A stretch of DNA of 64,000 bases from Spirochaetia bacterium (GCA_963675665.1 OY776510.1:4064001-4128000), one strand, 5' to 3'. Counted from the stretch's first letter, positions 36,517-46,883 are shown. Notes: a model not told the origin generated them from the sequence alone. Made by a program: numbers and translations.

Positions 36517-38346
36517 TTATTTTCTTTTATTCTCAACCTTTCGATTCTGTGCCGACAGAATTTTCTTTCTCAGCCTGATTGATTTCGGAGTTATCTCAAC
36601 CATTTCGTCTTCTTTTATATACTGGATAGCCCTTTCGATCGTAAGAGGCATAATCGGAGTCAGCACGACCGCTTCATCCTTGCCTGAGGCCCGCATGTTG
36701 GAAAGCTTTTTGGTTTTAATCGGGTTTACGTTCAGATCATTATCGCGTGAATGTTCGCCGACAATCATTCCCTCATAAACTATGTCTCCCGGAACAACAA
36801 ACATGTGTCCGCGGGGTTCCAGATTGAAAATTGCATACGGGACACATTCTCCGGCCCGGTCTGCAACAAGAGAGCCCGTATGGCGCTCGGGGAAGTCGCC
36901 CCTGTAAGGTTCATACCCGCTAATATATGAACTCATGATCCCGGTGCCGCGCGTGTCGGTTAAAAACTCATCCCTGTAACCGATAAGCGCGCGGGACGGA
37001 ACCGAAAACTCAAGTCTGGCCCGACCATTATGATGCGATACAAAATTCGTCATACGTCCTTTCCGCTGAGACAGCTTCTCGGTAACTATTCCGGTATATA
37101 CTTCTTCACAATCGACAAAAAGGTGTTCAACGGGTTCCAGCGTCTTACCGCTGTCATCCGTTTTGAAAATTACGTGAGGACGCCCAACCGTCAGTTCAAA
37201 GCCTTCGCGCCGCATGGTTTCAATCAGTATAACCATCTGAAATTCCCCGCGGCCTTTGACTATAAAACCTTCTCCTCCGGGCTGCTGCTCAACTTTAATC
37301 GACACATTCAGCATCGTCTCTTTCTCAAGCCTTTCGCCGATCTTGTTCCCCTGAACAAACTTCCCTTCTTTTCCGAGAAGCGGCGAATTATTGGGCGCAA
37401 AAAGCATGGAAACAGTAGGCTCGTCTACGGTTATTCGCGGAAGAGCTTTCGGGTTGCCGCGCGTGGATATTGTGTCGCCAATAAATACATCATTTATTCC
37501 CGAGAGTACAACTATATCTCCCGGCTGGACCGATTCCGTTTCCGATAATCCCGGGCCGTTGTAAACCTGCAGCTTTGTAACGCTGAGGTTCTGCACCTGG
37601 TTCCTGCTGTTTATGCATACCAGGCTGTCTTTTGATTTTACCGACCCATTAATAACCTTGCCTACTGCAAGACGTCCGAGATAATCAGAGTACGACAAGT
37701 CCGAAACCAGCATTTGAAAGGGTTCATCCTCATAATACGAAGGGCCGGGTATCTGATCGATAACAGCGTTGAATAATGGTTGAAGATCGGTGCCTTTATG
37801 CTCGAGAGATTCTGATGCAATCCCGTCACGGCCTACTGCATAAAACAGCGGAAATTCAAGTTGTTCTTCATCAGCATCAAGGTCTATTAAAAGTTCATAG
37901 ATCTCTTCCAGTACTTCCCTGCACCGGGCATCGGCCCGATCTATCTTGTTAATCACTACTATTATCTTCAACCCGGCAGCAAGCGCCTTTGACAAAACAA
38001 AACGGGTCTGGGGAAGAGGCCCTTCTGATGCGTCGACCAGCAGAATGGCGCCGTCGACCATTGAAAGAGCACGCTCAACTTCCCCGCCAAAATCGGCATG
38101 ACCCGGAGTGTCAAGGATATTTATCTTCACATCCCGCCAGCTGACAGAACAGTTTTTGGCGGCTATTGTAATGCCCCGCTCTTTTTCAAGGTCCATATTA
38201 TCCATCAGACGATCAGCAGTTTCCTGATTGTCACGAAAAGTTCCGCTCTGCCTGAACATTGCATCAACAAGAGTTGTCTTGCCGTGATCTACATGCGCTA
38301 TTATCGCGATATTTCTAATCTTTTCATTGTGTACATGGTGTTTCAT
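36517..38346 (-). CDS. typA: Translational GTPase TypA/BipA
   Basis: AHVDHGKTT, RGITI, DTPGHADFGGEVER, NKID, C-terminal EITPKSIRLRK. Confidence 0.97.
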   Translation of the reverse strand: MKHHVHNEKIRNIAIIAHVDHGKTTLVDAMFRQSGTFRDNQETADRLMDNMDLEKERGITIAAKNCSVSWRDVKINILDTPGHADFGGEVERALSMVDGAILLVDASEGPLPQTRFVLSKALAAGLKIIVVINKIDRADARCREVLEEIYELLIDLDADEEQLEFPLFYAVGRDGIASESLEHKGTDLQPLFNAVIDQIPGPSYYEDEPFQMLVSDLSYSDYLGRLAVGKVINGSVKSKDSLVCINSRNQVQNLSVTKLQVYNGPGLSETESVQPGDIVVLSGINDVFIGDTISTRGNPKALPRITVDEPTVSMLFAPNNSPLLGKEGKFVQGNKIGERLEKETMLNVSIKVEQQPGGEGFIVKGRGEFQMVILIETMRREGFELTVGRPHVIFKTDDSGKTLEPVEHLFVDCEEVYTGIVTEKLSQRKGRMTNFVSHHNGRARLEFSVPSRALIGYRDEFLTDTRGTGIMSSYISGYEPYRGDFPERHTGSLVADRAGECVPYAIFNLEPRGHMFVVPGDIVYEGMIVGEHSRDNDLNVNPIKTKKLSNMRASGKDEAVVLTPIMPLTIERAIQYIKEDEMVEITPKSIRLRKKILSAQNRKVENKRK

Positions 38347-38395
38347 TAAGCTGAATGTACAGATTTACGGAAGCTTTGCATAGTAGCAGAGGCAA

Positions 38396-38845
38396 TTATT
38401 TATCAGGGGCACACTCAGCACATTTTCCGTAAACCAACAGTTGCTTGCCTTCCACGATAAAACCTGAAGGGACATCGATTAACGGAATAACCTGATCTTT
38501 CAGACACACCATCTTTTTACATTCAACACATACAAAATGTGCATGCCCCCCCGGACAGCCTCGCATATTCGTATCATGTGCACAAAAGCGTTCCACCCCG
38601 TCAATCCCCTGAACGGTATGCACGAGTTCAGCCTCTTTAAGAAGAGAAAGGTTGCGGTAAACTGAAACCCTGTCTGCATCGGAAAGCTGTTCAAGCGCCA
38701 TCAGTTCATTATGAGAAACAGGACGACCGTATGCCAGCAGAAGTCCGAGGACCTGTACACGAAGCTCCTTTTCCCTGAGACCTGCGTTTAAAACCATTTC
38801 TCTGGCTTTTTTCATATAGTTACTATTTAAATCTGATTTTTGCAT
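38396..38845 (-). CDS. Fur-family metalloregulator
   Basis: DRVSVYRNL HTH; HAHFVCVEC and CAEC metal sites. Confidence 0.9.
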   Translation of the reverse strand: MQKSDLNSNYMKKAREMVLNAGLREKELRVQVLGLLLAYGRPVSHNELMALEQLSDADRVSVYRNLSLLKEAELVHTVQGIDGVERFCAHDTNMRGCPGGHAHFVCVECKKMVCLKDQVIPLIDVPSGFIVEGKQLLVYGKCAECAPDK

Positions 38846-38900
38846 TCTTACACTTTAAAATGCCTGACAGTAAAAATCAAGAGAACGGCAGAACCGGCAT

Positions 38901-39593
38901 TTAAACATCAGCTGCTGTCATACTGGTGCGCGTGATCTTTGTCACAATCAGCGAAATACCCCCCAGAATCGCTGCAAGAACAAAAGCCCGGTTAAATTCT
39001 CCTGTAAAAACTGAATTATAGATTTCAAGAGATATGGTGTTTGTTCTGCCGGTAATATTTCCGCCGAGCATCAGCGTAATGCCTACATCTCCCAATGCTC
39101 TTGCTGCCCCGATAAACATTCCCGTAATAATACCCTTTCGAAGCAGCGGAATCACAACTCTGAAAAAGGTTTCCAGTTCGGATTTCCCAAGCATATACGA
39201 AGCCTCTATATATCCGTTAAGATCATTTCTGACAGCTGACTGAACAGTTTTTACAAGAAGCGGAAGTCCTGAAACAAACCCGGCGAAGGCCACGCCCGCA
39301 AAACTGAAAACCATATCAAGGCCGGAGACTTTGTGAAGAAATCCGCCTATAAGACTCTGCCTTCCCAAAAGAACAAGCAGAATAAAGCCTGTGGCTATCG
39401 GGGGAAATATTAACGGTATCGAGACCAGAAAATCGGCGATTACTGCTCCGTAACCGGTCCGCCGGCCAAGAAAAACCCCTATGGGAATACCGAATAAAGC
39501 CAGCATGGGTAAAATTACAATCAATATTTTTATGCTGAGCATTACGGGTTCAATAACCGAAGAAGATCCAAGCAGTTTAAAAAACTCCATCAT
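38901..39593 (-). CDS. modB: ModB-like ABC permease
   Basis: PLIFPPIATGF, EAA loop (EASYMLG), ARALGDVG. Confidence 0.8.
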   Translation of the reverse strand: MMEFFKLLGSSSVIEPVMLSIKILIVILPMLALFGIPIGVFLGRRTGYGAVIADFLVSIPLIFPPIATGFILLVLLGRQSLIGGFLHKVSGLDMVFSFAGVAFAGFVSGLPLLVKTVQSAVRNDLNGYIEASYMLGKSELETFFRVVIPLLRKGIITGMFIGAARALGDVGITLMLGGNITGRTNTISLEIYNSVFTGEFNRAFVLAAILGGISLIVTKITRTSMTAADV

Positions 39594-39594
39594 C

Positions 39595-40323
39595 CTAAAA
39601 TCCGTGCTTCACTGATGTTTCCTTTGCTTTTTCGGACAGCAGAAACTTTCCGAACATATCAGCTTCATAATCCGAACCGGTTTCAGCCATTCTACCGGCA
39701 ACAATACTAATTGGACTGTAATATTCCTGCGGTACATTTATCCAGCCGTCGATTTTGTCGCTAATTGCCAGTGCATCGGTCATATTTATAAACCCCATAT
39801 CAATTTCACCGCTGATCAGATACGCTGAAACCTGCGGTACAGTACCCACTATAATCAGCCTGTCTTTCAGCTCTTGATCAATTCCCGTATTCTCAAGATA
39901 CTCCGACGCGGCTTTTCCGTAGATTGCATGTGAAGGATCAGGATGGGCAATACGACTTGCTTCGCCTGAAAACAGTTTTTCCAGCGAAGCAGGGCCTTTT
40001 CCTGAAGAAAATGCCAGAACAAGTTTACCGTTTCCTATTTGATACTCTTTTTCTAATGGCAGGCCCGCGGAAGAGAAAAAGTTGCTGTCTCCGATTACAA
40101 AATCAACAATTCCGCTGATTTTGGCCTGATTTGTGACCTGTCCCATATTTCCGTAAATTTTGTCTATTTTAATTCCTGTTTCATCAAAAAATAAAGTTCC
40201 AAGCTCATCTACAAGAGCCCTGTAACCGGCGCCTGATGCAACAGTCAGACTCTGCGCAGAGGCTGCTGCTAAACAAATCAGAAATATTACTGCAACAGTA
40301 ATTACCCTTTTAAATAATTTCAT
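39595..40323 (-). CDS. modA: ModA-like periplasmic binding protein (atypical binding residues)
   Basis: Signal peptide; ModA layout with ASGAGY, YGNMGQ, HAIYG, TVPQV, FINMTD. Confidence 0.72.
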   Translation of the reverse strand: MKLFKRVITVAVIFLICLAAASAQSLTVASGAGYRALVDELGTLFFDETGIKIDKIYGNMGQVTNQAKISGIVDFVIGDSNFFSSAGLPLEKEYQIGNGKLVLAFSSGKGPASLEKLFSGEASRIAHPDPSHAIYGKAASEYLENTGIDQELKDRLIIVGTVPQVSAYLISGEIDMGFINMTDALAISDKIDGWINVPQEYYSPISIVAGRMAETGSDYEADMFGKFLLSEKAKETSVKHGF

Positions 40324-40332
40324 TTTAACTCC

Positions 40333-41040
40333 TCAGATGACCGTCACTGCCGGAATCTCCGAATTCAGGTATTTCATCTGCTTATCTATCCAGGCGTCGT
40401 CCTTTTTTCCCGAATTCACAGCATGAAGACTGTCGGCGTAACATACAGCTCCGGCAAGATCATGCGTCACATGAATAACGGGGATATCCCGCTCATAACT
40501 TATCCTTCGAATAAGTTGTTGCAGAATAAACCGGTTTTCCGGATCAAGCGCTGAAAAAGGCTCGTCAAGCAGCAACATATCCGGCTGCATTGCAAGTACC
40601 CGGCATACTGCACAGCGCTGTCTCTCTCCGCCGGATATTCTTGCCGGTTTCTCGGCAGCCAGATGCAGAATCCCGCATAATTCCAGAAGTTCCTGTGGTG
40701 AAGGTCCGCCGGCATGAGCATATCTTATATTTTCCAGAACCGTCATATGGGGAAAAAGACTGTAATCCTGATTTAACAGTCCGGTCTTGCGATGCTGAGG
40801 TTTCAGTACAATTCTTTTTGATGTATCGGTCAGGACCTTGTTTCCAAACACAATATAAGCTGAATCGGGAACAGAGAAACCGGCAATACATTTGAGTATT
40901 GTTGTTTTTCCCGATCCGGAAGGGCCGGCTATGACAGCGATTTCACCTGACTTAACACTCATCTGAAATTCAAGCTCAAAGTGTCTGAGTCTTTTTCTTA
41001 AACTGACAACAAAACGACCCGGCTCTGCGTCTGTGAACAT
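40333..41040 (-). CDS. modC: ModC-like ABC ATPase (no TOBE domain)
   Basis: GPSGSGKTT, QDYSLFPHMTV, ISGGERQR, LLLDEPFSALD. Confidence 0.82.
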   Translation of the reverse strand: MFTDAEPGRFVVSLRKRLRHFELEFQMSVKSGEIAVIAGPSGSGKTTILKCIAGFSVPDSAYIVFGNKVLTDTSKRIVLKPQHRKTGLLNQDYSLFPHMTVLENIRYAHAGGPSPQELLELCGILHLAAEKPARISGGERQRCAVCRVLAMQPDMLLLDEPFSALDPENRFILQQLIRRISYERDIPVIHVTHDLAGAVCYADSLHAVNSGKKDDAWIDKQMKYLNSEIPAVTVI

Positions 41041-41060
41041 TATGCTGCACCTCTACCCAA

Positions 41061-41089
41061 ATTATTGCAACACTATTGCATTTTGTCAA
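41061..41089 (-). promoter_or_regulatory. mod-operon promoter with Fur-type 7-1-7 palindrome
   Basis: TTGACA-17-AATAAT; TGCAATA-G-TGTTGCA (41080-41066) lies across the spacer. Confidence 0.7.
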
Positions 41090-41193
41090 TTATACTTTTC
41101 ACTTTCCCTTTGCTGAACGGATATGCAAAACTTCAGAATGGAACAACTTTATTAATCTTTTTCAAATATGTATAATGACAGAAAGGTTAGCTG

Positions 41194-42684
41194 ATGGATT
41201 ATAAATGTTATATAAAAAGCCATGGTAAATTTCAGGTAGAATTAAAGATTCGGTACCCGGTAACAGATAAAAAAAATAAATATTCTCTTGATCTATATAT
41301 TTTTTCACCGAAAGTACTGGCAGTAAATAATATAAGTTACGGTATAAACTCTTTTTTGAGGGATGTCAGGATCATGACGAGGATTTCAACTCCCGAACTC
41401 TCGTTTCCGCGGCTTGTCAGTAAAGATTGCCCGGAGAGCCCGCTATTCAGAATAAAAACCGAACTCGAAAAATCTTTTACCGGAATAAAAATTAAAAATA
41501 ACAAGGTTATTTATGAACTCAGAACTCTCGCTAATATTATCCGGGTCGAACTCAGAAAGAACAGGCTTTTTCTGAGAAATAAAATTGACAGTGAAACGGA
41601 TATTGATTTGCTTACGGAATGGTTGACCGAATTTATCAGTCATATCAGGATTTTTCTATTGCGGTTCAGGGAAATAAAATCCATGCTCATCAATCCCGAA
41701 ATAGACGACAGCCTTCTGCTTGCGTATGAATGGACAGATGAATCAATAAGTCTGACGATACAGCGTGAAGCCGGAGAATTTTATCGTTTATGCCAGAAGA
41801 ATACCGAGACAGAATACTGTTCAGTTAAATTCGCTAATATTATCGAAGGTGAAATTCAGCATAGAATCGAAAAGGCGTATTCTACTGGAATTCCATATCC
41901 TGAGAAAAAGAGTACGGGCGAACTTCTAATATACCGCACAAACCTGTTAAAAAAATGGTCGCAGTCTGCTATGTATCTTAACGTAACCGGAAGCCGGTCG
42001 CCCGCACGAATAACGCAGATACTGGCAGGCACCGCCGCTGCGATTGCAATGGCATTTGCCGTAACGGCTACTATTCTGACCGACCGTTTTTTTCCTGCCA
42101 ATACAACGGCATGGGCGCTTGCTGCAGTTGTTGCCTATATTTTCAAGGACAGAATCAAGGAGATTCTCAGATCAGGTTTAAAATCTCTTGTTCCGAGACG
42201 AATGCCCGATCAGATGAGCATACTGAAGGATTCATCGGTACAGGTAAGAACAGGCTACACTAAATCATTTGTCAACTTCACAACTGAAGCCAATATCCCT
42301 GAAGAGGTAAAGAACGTACGCGGGACAGGGAAAAAACCCTTCAGGGAGCTTCTGCCTGAAGAAAATATAATCAACTTTCGTCACGAAGTTATGCTTAATG
42401 GAGCCAAATTCAGCAAAAACCATCAAAGAATGGAATCTGTAACCGAAATTATCAGATTCGAACTTCATAAATTCATTCAGCTTATGGATGATCCTGACCA
42501 GATTTATTATTATACCGACAGTGAATCAGTTCAGAAAAAAATGTGCAGAAGAGTCTACCATCTTAATTTTGTAATTATGCTGCAGGATTTGTCGGACGGG
42601 AAAAAAAGTTTTCTGAAATACCGTATCATATTAAACCGGGAAGGTATAATCAGAATTGAAAGACCTGCAATAGAATCGCAATAA
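41194..42684 (+). CDS. Hypothetical membrane protein (2 TM)
   Basis: 496-aa AT-rich ORF; TATAAT and SD AAAGG upstream; hydrophobic AAAIAMAFAV and WALAAVVAYIFKDRIKE. Confidence 0.75.
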   Translation: MDYKCYIKSHGKFQVELKIRYPVTDKKNKYSLDLYIFSPKVLAVNNISYGINSFLRDVRIMTRISTPELSFPRLVSKDCPESPLFRIKTELEKSFTGIKIKNNKVIYELRTLANIIRVELRKNRLFLRNKIDSETDIDLLTEWLTEFISHIRIFLLRFREIKSMLINPEIDDSLLLAYEWTDESISLTIQREAGEFYRLCQKNTETEYCSVKFANIIEGEIQHRIEKAYSTGIPYPEKKSTGELLIYRTNLLKKWSQSAMYLNVTGSRSPARITQILAGTAAAIAMAFAVTATILTDRFFPANTTAWALAAVVAYIFKDRIKEILRSGLKSLVPRRMPDQMSILKDSSVQVRTGYTKSFVNFTTEANIPEEVKNVRGTGKKPFRELLPEENIINFRHEVMLNGAKFSKNHQRMESVTEIIRFELHKFIQLMDDPDQIYYYTDSESVQKKMCRRVYHLNFVIMLQDLSDGKKSFLKYRIILNREGIIRIERPAIESQ

Positions 42685-42696
42685 CATCATTATCAG

Positions 42697-43761
42697 TCAG
42701 GTTTTTATAAGCTCTTCAACCCATTCCCTGTTCTCAAAAAGCGTACATCCGCCTTCGGCCTCCTCAAGCAGATAGTGATTATCCCTGAGTCGTCCAAGCA
42801 GCCGGGACTGTAATGCCTGTATGAAAGACATGTCCTTGAGATTAACGTCCGAGTAAGGCGCAAACGGGCAGGCTTCGACATTTCCCATGCTGCTGATGTG
42901 TAGAAACCCTCTTCCCGCGGCAAGACATCCTCCGAATTTTTCCTCATCACCCGGAAGCGCTACAGGAAGCATGGAATAATTCTTTCGAATCATCTCCGTT
43001 TGCACCAGGAGGTCTTCTTTCTGAGTTTCAGTTAGACATTTTTCCGGATCACCTTCACACGGAACATATTCAATCAGGAACAAAACCCTGCATCCTGATT
43101 TATCAAGGCTTTCCAGATAGCCCGGTGCGGTCACCATTTCATAATTATCACGCGTCAAAGTAATTGATACGCCGTACATCAGTTTCTTTTTATTCATTTC
43201 ACTCATGGTTGAATTGATTGCGGAATAAACGCCTTTTCCCCTTCGGTTGTCCGTAACCTGTTCATCGCCTTCAAGGCTGAATGCCGGCACAAGGTTTTTT
43301 ATCTGTTTCAATTCGTTTATTAATTCAGCATCAATCATCAGACCGTTTGTAAACATCACAAAAAGCGTATTCTTATATTTACGCGTAATATCAAGAATAC
43401 CGACTTTCATCAGCGGTTCGCCTCCGGCAATAAATACTATGCTTACGCCCGCAGCGGTTCCTTCACCTATAATTCGATCGATATCCTCTATGGACATTTC
43501 GGAATCTCTGCATCTGTCCTGGGAACAGGCATAACAGCCCTTGCATGCAAGGTTACAGTTGTTTGTAACGCTTATTATCAGAATGGGAGGAACAGTAATC
43601 CCCTCGGCGGTCAATATATTTGCCCTGACCTTCTCGCTTTTTCTGATGTTTCTGAAAATATCCGCATATGCAGGCAGATATGCCGATCTTCCGGAAAAAA
43701 CCCTGCTGTTGTTTATCAAGTTGTTGTTAATAACCCTGTTGAATACTTCGATTCCGTTCAC
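42697..43761 (-). CDS. Radical SAM protein with SPASM/Twitch-like C-terminus
   Basis: CNLACKGC, GGEP, FTNG, GCLAAG...G.VEACPF, GGC. Confidence 0.9.
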   Translation of the reverse strand: MNGIEVFNRVINNNLINNSRVFSGRSAYLPAYADIFRNIRKSEKVRANILTAEGITVPPILIISVTNNCNLACKGCYACSQDRCRDSEMSIEDIDRIIGEGTAAGVSIVFIAGGEPLMKVGILDITRKYKNTLFVMFTNGLMIDAELINELKQIKNLVPAFSLEGDEQVTDNRRGKGVYSAINSTMSEMNKKKLMYGVSITLTRDNYEMVTAPGYLESLDKSGCRVLFLIEYVPCEGDPEKCLTETQKEDLLVQTEMIRKNYSMLPVALPGDEEKFGGCLAAGRGFLHISSMGNVEACPFAPYSDVNLKDMSFIQALQSRLLGRLRDNHYLLEEAEGGCTLFENREWVEELIKT

Positions 43762-43921
43762 TCTTCCCCCAACTGAATTTGAATCAGAGACGTCTATATA
43801 ACAGTTAATGTCTTTACCTTCAAAAAACTGTTACTTTTAATTTGTTTTTTCATATTTTTTATTTATATCATAAGTAATGAAGAACTTGCCTCATGGATTT
43901 TAAATAAGTAAATTAGTACAA

Positions 43922-45466
43922 ATGAAAAAAGACAGGATTGCAAACTGGTTCTCAAACAGAAACGAATTACTTATATCTGAAAAAATCATGTATTCAGTCG
44001 GATCCCGAATTTCCCGAAAGCTGATTGATAAACAAACATCAAATGATCTGCTTTTGCCCGAATATTTTAATACCATCGACCGGGCCTATACCATGCCGGG
44101 ACGTAATGTACTTTACGCGTTGCTTCACGCGCCCCTTACCGAAGTGGATAATATCACAAGCAGAAGAATCTTTATCGAAAACCTGAAAAAACAAACGGAG
44201 CTGCGAGGCAAGTTAAAGCTGCTTTTCTGGAAAGTAAAGTTTTCTCCTGTTCACAGTATTAACACTGTTATATTTGAAAAAACTGAAAGCCTTTTTACCA
44301 GGGAAAAAATGGCTGTATTGATAATTTGTTTTTTGTTTCTGGTTTTTGCAGTTCCCGTATTATACTCTCAATTCGCTCTTTACAGTATTCTGCTGTTTCT
44401 TCTGATATCATTTCTTACTTTTGCCCGTAATCTTTCAATTTACAACACACACATTCCCGGACTGATTTTGCTGGCGGCCCATTTTTATACAGCACAGAAA
44501 ATTATCAAATTATTTAAAACCTGTGAAGCATACGACAGCCATATAAAAAACCTTGAAGAAGCTTTGCCTCAAATCAAATCCGTACTCAGAAGCTGTAAAG
44601 TTTTACGAACAGGTTCGTTTGCCTCAGCTGATCCGCTTCAATTGCTTCTTTTCTGGATAAAGAACATCTTCTGCCTGGACCTTCTGGCATATAATAATGC
44701 GGTTAATATTATAAGCCGAAACAGAAAAGCTTTTATTAATTTTTATTGCTGTTACGGTATTATTGACGCGCTGCTTTCGCTTTCAGAAACAATCGGGTCA
44801 GATACCGAAACCATATGCAAACCTGAATTTATTTCAAACCGGGGTTTATCAGTAAAAAATATTTTTCACCCGTTGATTCCGGCGGCCGTCAGTAATTCCG
44901 TTGATATCGGCAGCGGAATGATTCTTACCGGTTCGAACATGGCGGGCAAGTCTACATTTTTAAGAACTATCGGGTTGAATACAATACTTGCCCAGACAAC
45001 GGGATACTGCTATGCGGAAAAATTCAGTTTACCGCTTATAAACATCGTTTCCATCATAAACAAGCATGACAACCTCAATCAGGGCGAGAGCTTTTATTTC
45101 TATGAAGCAAACAGGATAGTTGAAATGATAAACAATAAAAATAATGATTGTTACCTGTTTCTTATTGATGAGTTATTGTCCGGAACCAATTCAATTGAGC
45201 GTATCAGCGCTTCAACCGCCATTATCAGGCATCTTGTCTCACGTGAAAACATTATCTCAATAATAGCGACACACGACATCTCCATTGCGGAAAATCTTCA
45301 GGGCAACTGCGAATGCTTCTATTTTTCCGACATGATGAATGAAAACAGAATGTATTTTGACTACAAACTGAGAAAAGGCATAATTAAAACAACAAATGCG
45401 ATAAAGATGCTAAAGCTCCTCGGTATGCCGGTTGATATTACGGATGAAGCTGAAATGCTTACTTAA
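43922..45466 (+). CDS. Membrane-anchored MutS-related (domain V ATPase) protein
   Basis: Hydrophobic segments in the N-terminal half; HPLI, TGSNMAGKST, FLIDELLSGTN, ATHD, FDYKLRKG, TNAI; no mismatch-recognition domain. Confidence 0.85.
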   Translation: MKKDRIANWFSNRNELLISEKIMYSVGSRISRKLIDKQTSNDLLLPEYFNTIDRAYTMPGRNVLYALLHAPLTEVDNITSRRIFIENLKKQTELRGKLKLLFWKVKFSPVHSINTVIFEKTESLFTREKMAVLIICFLFLVFAVPVLYSQFALYSILLFLLISFLTFARNLSIYNTHIPGLILLAAHFYTAQKIIKLFKTCEAYDSHIKNLEEALPQIKSVLRSCKVLRTGSFASADPLQLLLFWIKNIFCLDLLAYNNAVNIISRNRKAFINFYCCYGIIDALLSLSETIGSDTETICKPEFISNRGLSVKNIFHPLIPAAVSNSVDIGSGMILTGSNMAGKSTFLRTIGLNTILAQTTGYCYAEKFSLPLINIVSIINKHDNLNQGESFYFYEANRIVEMINNKNNDCYLFLIDELLSGTNSIERISASTAIIRHLVSRENIISIIATHDISIAENLQGNCECFYFSDMMNENRMYFDYKLRKGIIKTTNAIKMLKLLGMPVDITDEAEMLT

Positions 45467-45497
45467 ATGCAGATTCAGCCTTTTGTACTTAAGACAG

Positions 45498-46373
45498 CTA
45501 CTCTACTGTAATATTCAGTCTCCCGGTTTTACCGCTTGCTATAGTTACGGAACCTTCTTCATCAACGCTTGAGTCGATGTAGGTTCCGTCTGCATCAAAC
45601 ACGGCCGAAACAAGATCATAAGCGCCCGCTGCAAGAAACGGAAGGACATAAGATCCGTCAGTAACAATTGCACTGCTGACAGCATTCAGAAACATCGGAT
45701 CTGTACTTAATTCTGAAGTTGAATAATCTCCGTCTTGATATGCATAAACTAAAACAGTGTCTGTTCCCGAATAAGTTACATCACCTGCTATCCTTCCCGC
45801 TTCTCCGTCCGCAATAACTCTCACAGTAGGCTGAAGGTTGTAATCTCCGTTTGTATACCTGATTGATTTTCTTACGTCAAAATCAGCAGTTACAGCTACA
45901 GTATCGTTAACAGGAACATCAAATGCACCCGTAGCCTTGAACCCTGAAGTGCTGCCGCTCGGAATAAAAAGCGGATATTCACTGTCGTCCGCCAAAATGA
46001 CATAACATCCCGGATTTACAGGCGAGCCGCTGGTTTCAGGAGCATCAACCTTGAAACGCATCTGGGTAACCTTTCCTGCCGGGAATTCAAACTGCCCGAG
46101 CATATCCGTAACCCCGTTGGTTAATGCAAGAAGGTCGAATTCTTTCGGACCGTCGAAATCTTCAACCACAACCCATTCTTCCGATTCATCCATATAACTC
46201 ATATGAAATGATATTTCTGTAACCGTTATCACTACCGATTTGACATCTGTATCATCGATCGGCGCATCAGTTATTTTTAAAGTAACGCTTCCGGTGTCGC
46301 CGCCGCATCCTGCTGCAAAAAAAGCAATAAAAAGTATCAGTAAAATTATCAATATTTTTTCCGGTTTCTTCAT
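45498..46373 (-). CDS. DUF4382-family lipoprotein
   Basis: Lipobox FAAGC; LKITDAP, FDLLAL, PSGSTSG.K, DFDVRKS, LQPTVR; start reassigned to 46373 (SD AAGGA). Confidence 0.8.
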   Translation of the reverse strand: MKKPEKILIILLILFIAFFAAGCGGDTGSVTLKITDAPIDDTDVKSVVITVTEISFHMSYMDESEEWVVVEDFDGPKEFDLLALTNGVTDMLGQFEFPAGKVTQMRFKVDAPETSGSPVNPGCYVILADDSEYPLFIPSGSTSGFKATGAFDVPVNDTVAVTADFDVRKSIRYTNGDYNLQPTVRVIADGEAGRIAGDVTYSGTDTVLVYAYQDGDYSTSELSTDPMFLNAVSSAIVTDGSYVLPFLAAGAYDLVSAVFDADGTYIDSSVDEEGSVTIASGKTGRLNITVE

Positions 46374-46470
46374 CAAATATTCCTTATAAATAGGGTCATG
46401 TTTTATTATAACACATGGACGACTGAAGTTCATATTCGAAATCCGGAGAATTCAATATTTTTAAATAACA

Positions 46471-46502
46471 GCCGTCCGGAGGCTTTTTATAATCCGGACG
46501 GC
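46471..46502 (-). terminator. Hairpin after the hsp20 pair
   Basis: GCCGTCCGGA-loop-TCCGGACGGC, followed by a U-rich tail on the minus strand. Confidence 0.7.
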
Positions 46503-46514
46503 ATTCCCAAACAC

Positions 46515-46874
46515 TTATCCTGCTTTTATTTCAATCTTTCTGGGTTTGACTGATTCTTTAATGCCCAAAACAAGTGTTACAACTCCATTCTTTATTGATG
46601 CATCGATATTTGTTCTGTCTATCGTATCATCCAGGGCAAACTCATGGTAATAATTCCCGGTACGTATTTCCCTGAGAATATATTTACCGTTATATTCCTG
46701 TTCCGTTCTCTTTCCGCTGATTATAAGCAGATCTTCATCAACCTTAATATCAAGGTTTTTGTTCGTTACCCCGGGCATTTCAAGTCTCAGAACAACCTTG
46801 TCGGCATCATGATAAATATCACAGCAGGATTTATAAATTTTCGCCTCCGGTTCACGGTTCTTCTTATCGTTCAT
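46515..46874 (-). CDS. Small heat-shock protein (Hsp20)
   Basis: EMPGV, alpha-crystallin domain, ASIKNGVV, RKIEI. Confidence 0.9.
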   Translation of the reverse strand: MNDKKNREPEAKIYKSCCDIYHDADKVVLRLEMPGVTNKNLDIKVDEDLLIISGKRTEQEYNGKYILREIRTGNYYHEFALDDTIDRTNIDASIKNGVVTLVLGIKESVKPRKIEIKAG

Positions 46875-46883
46875 ACGTTCCTC

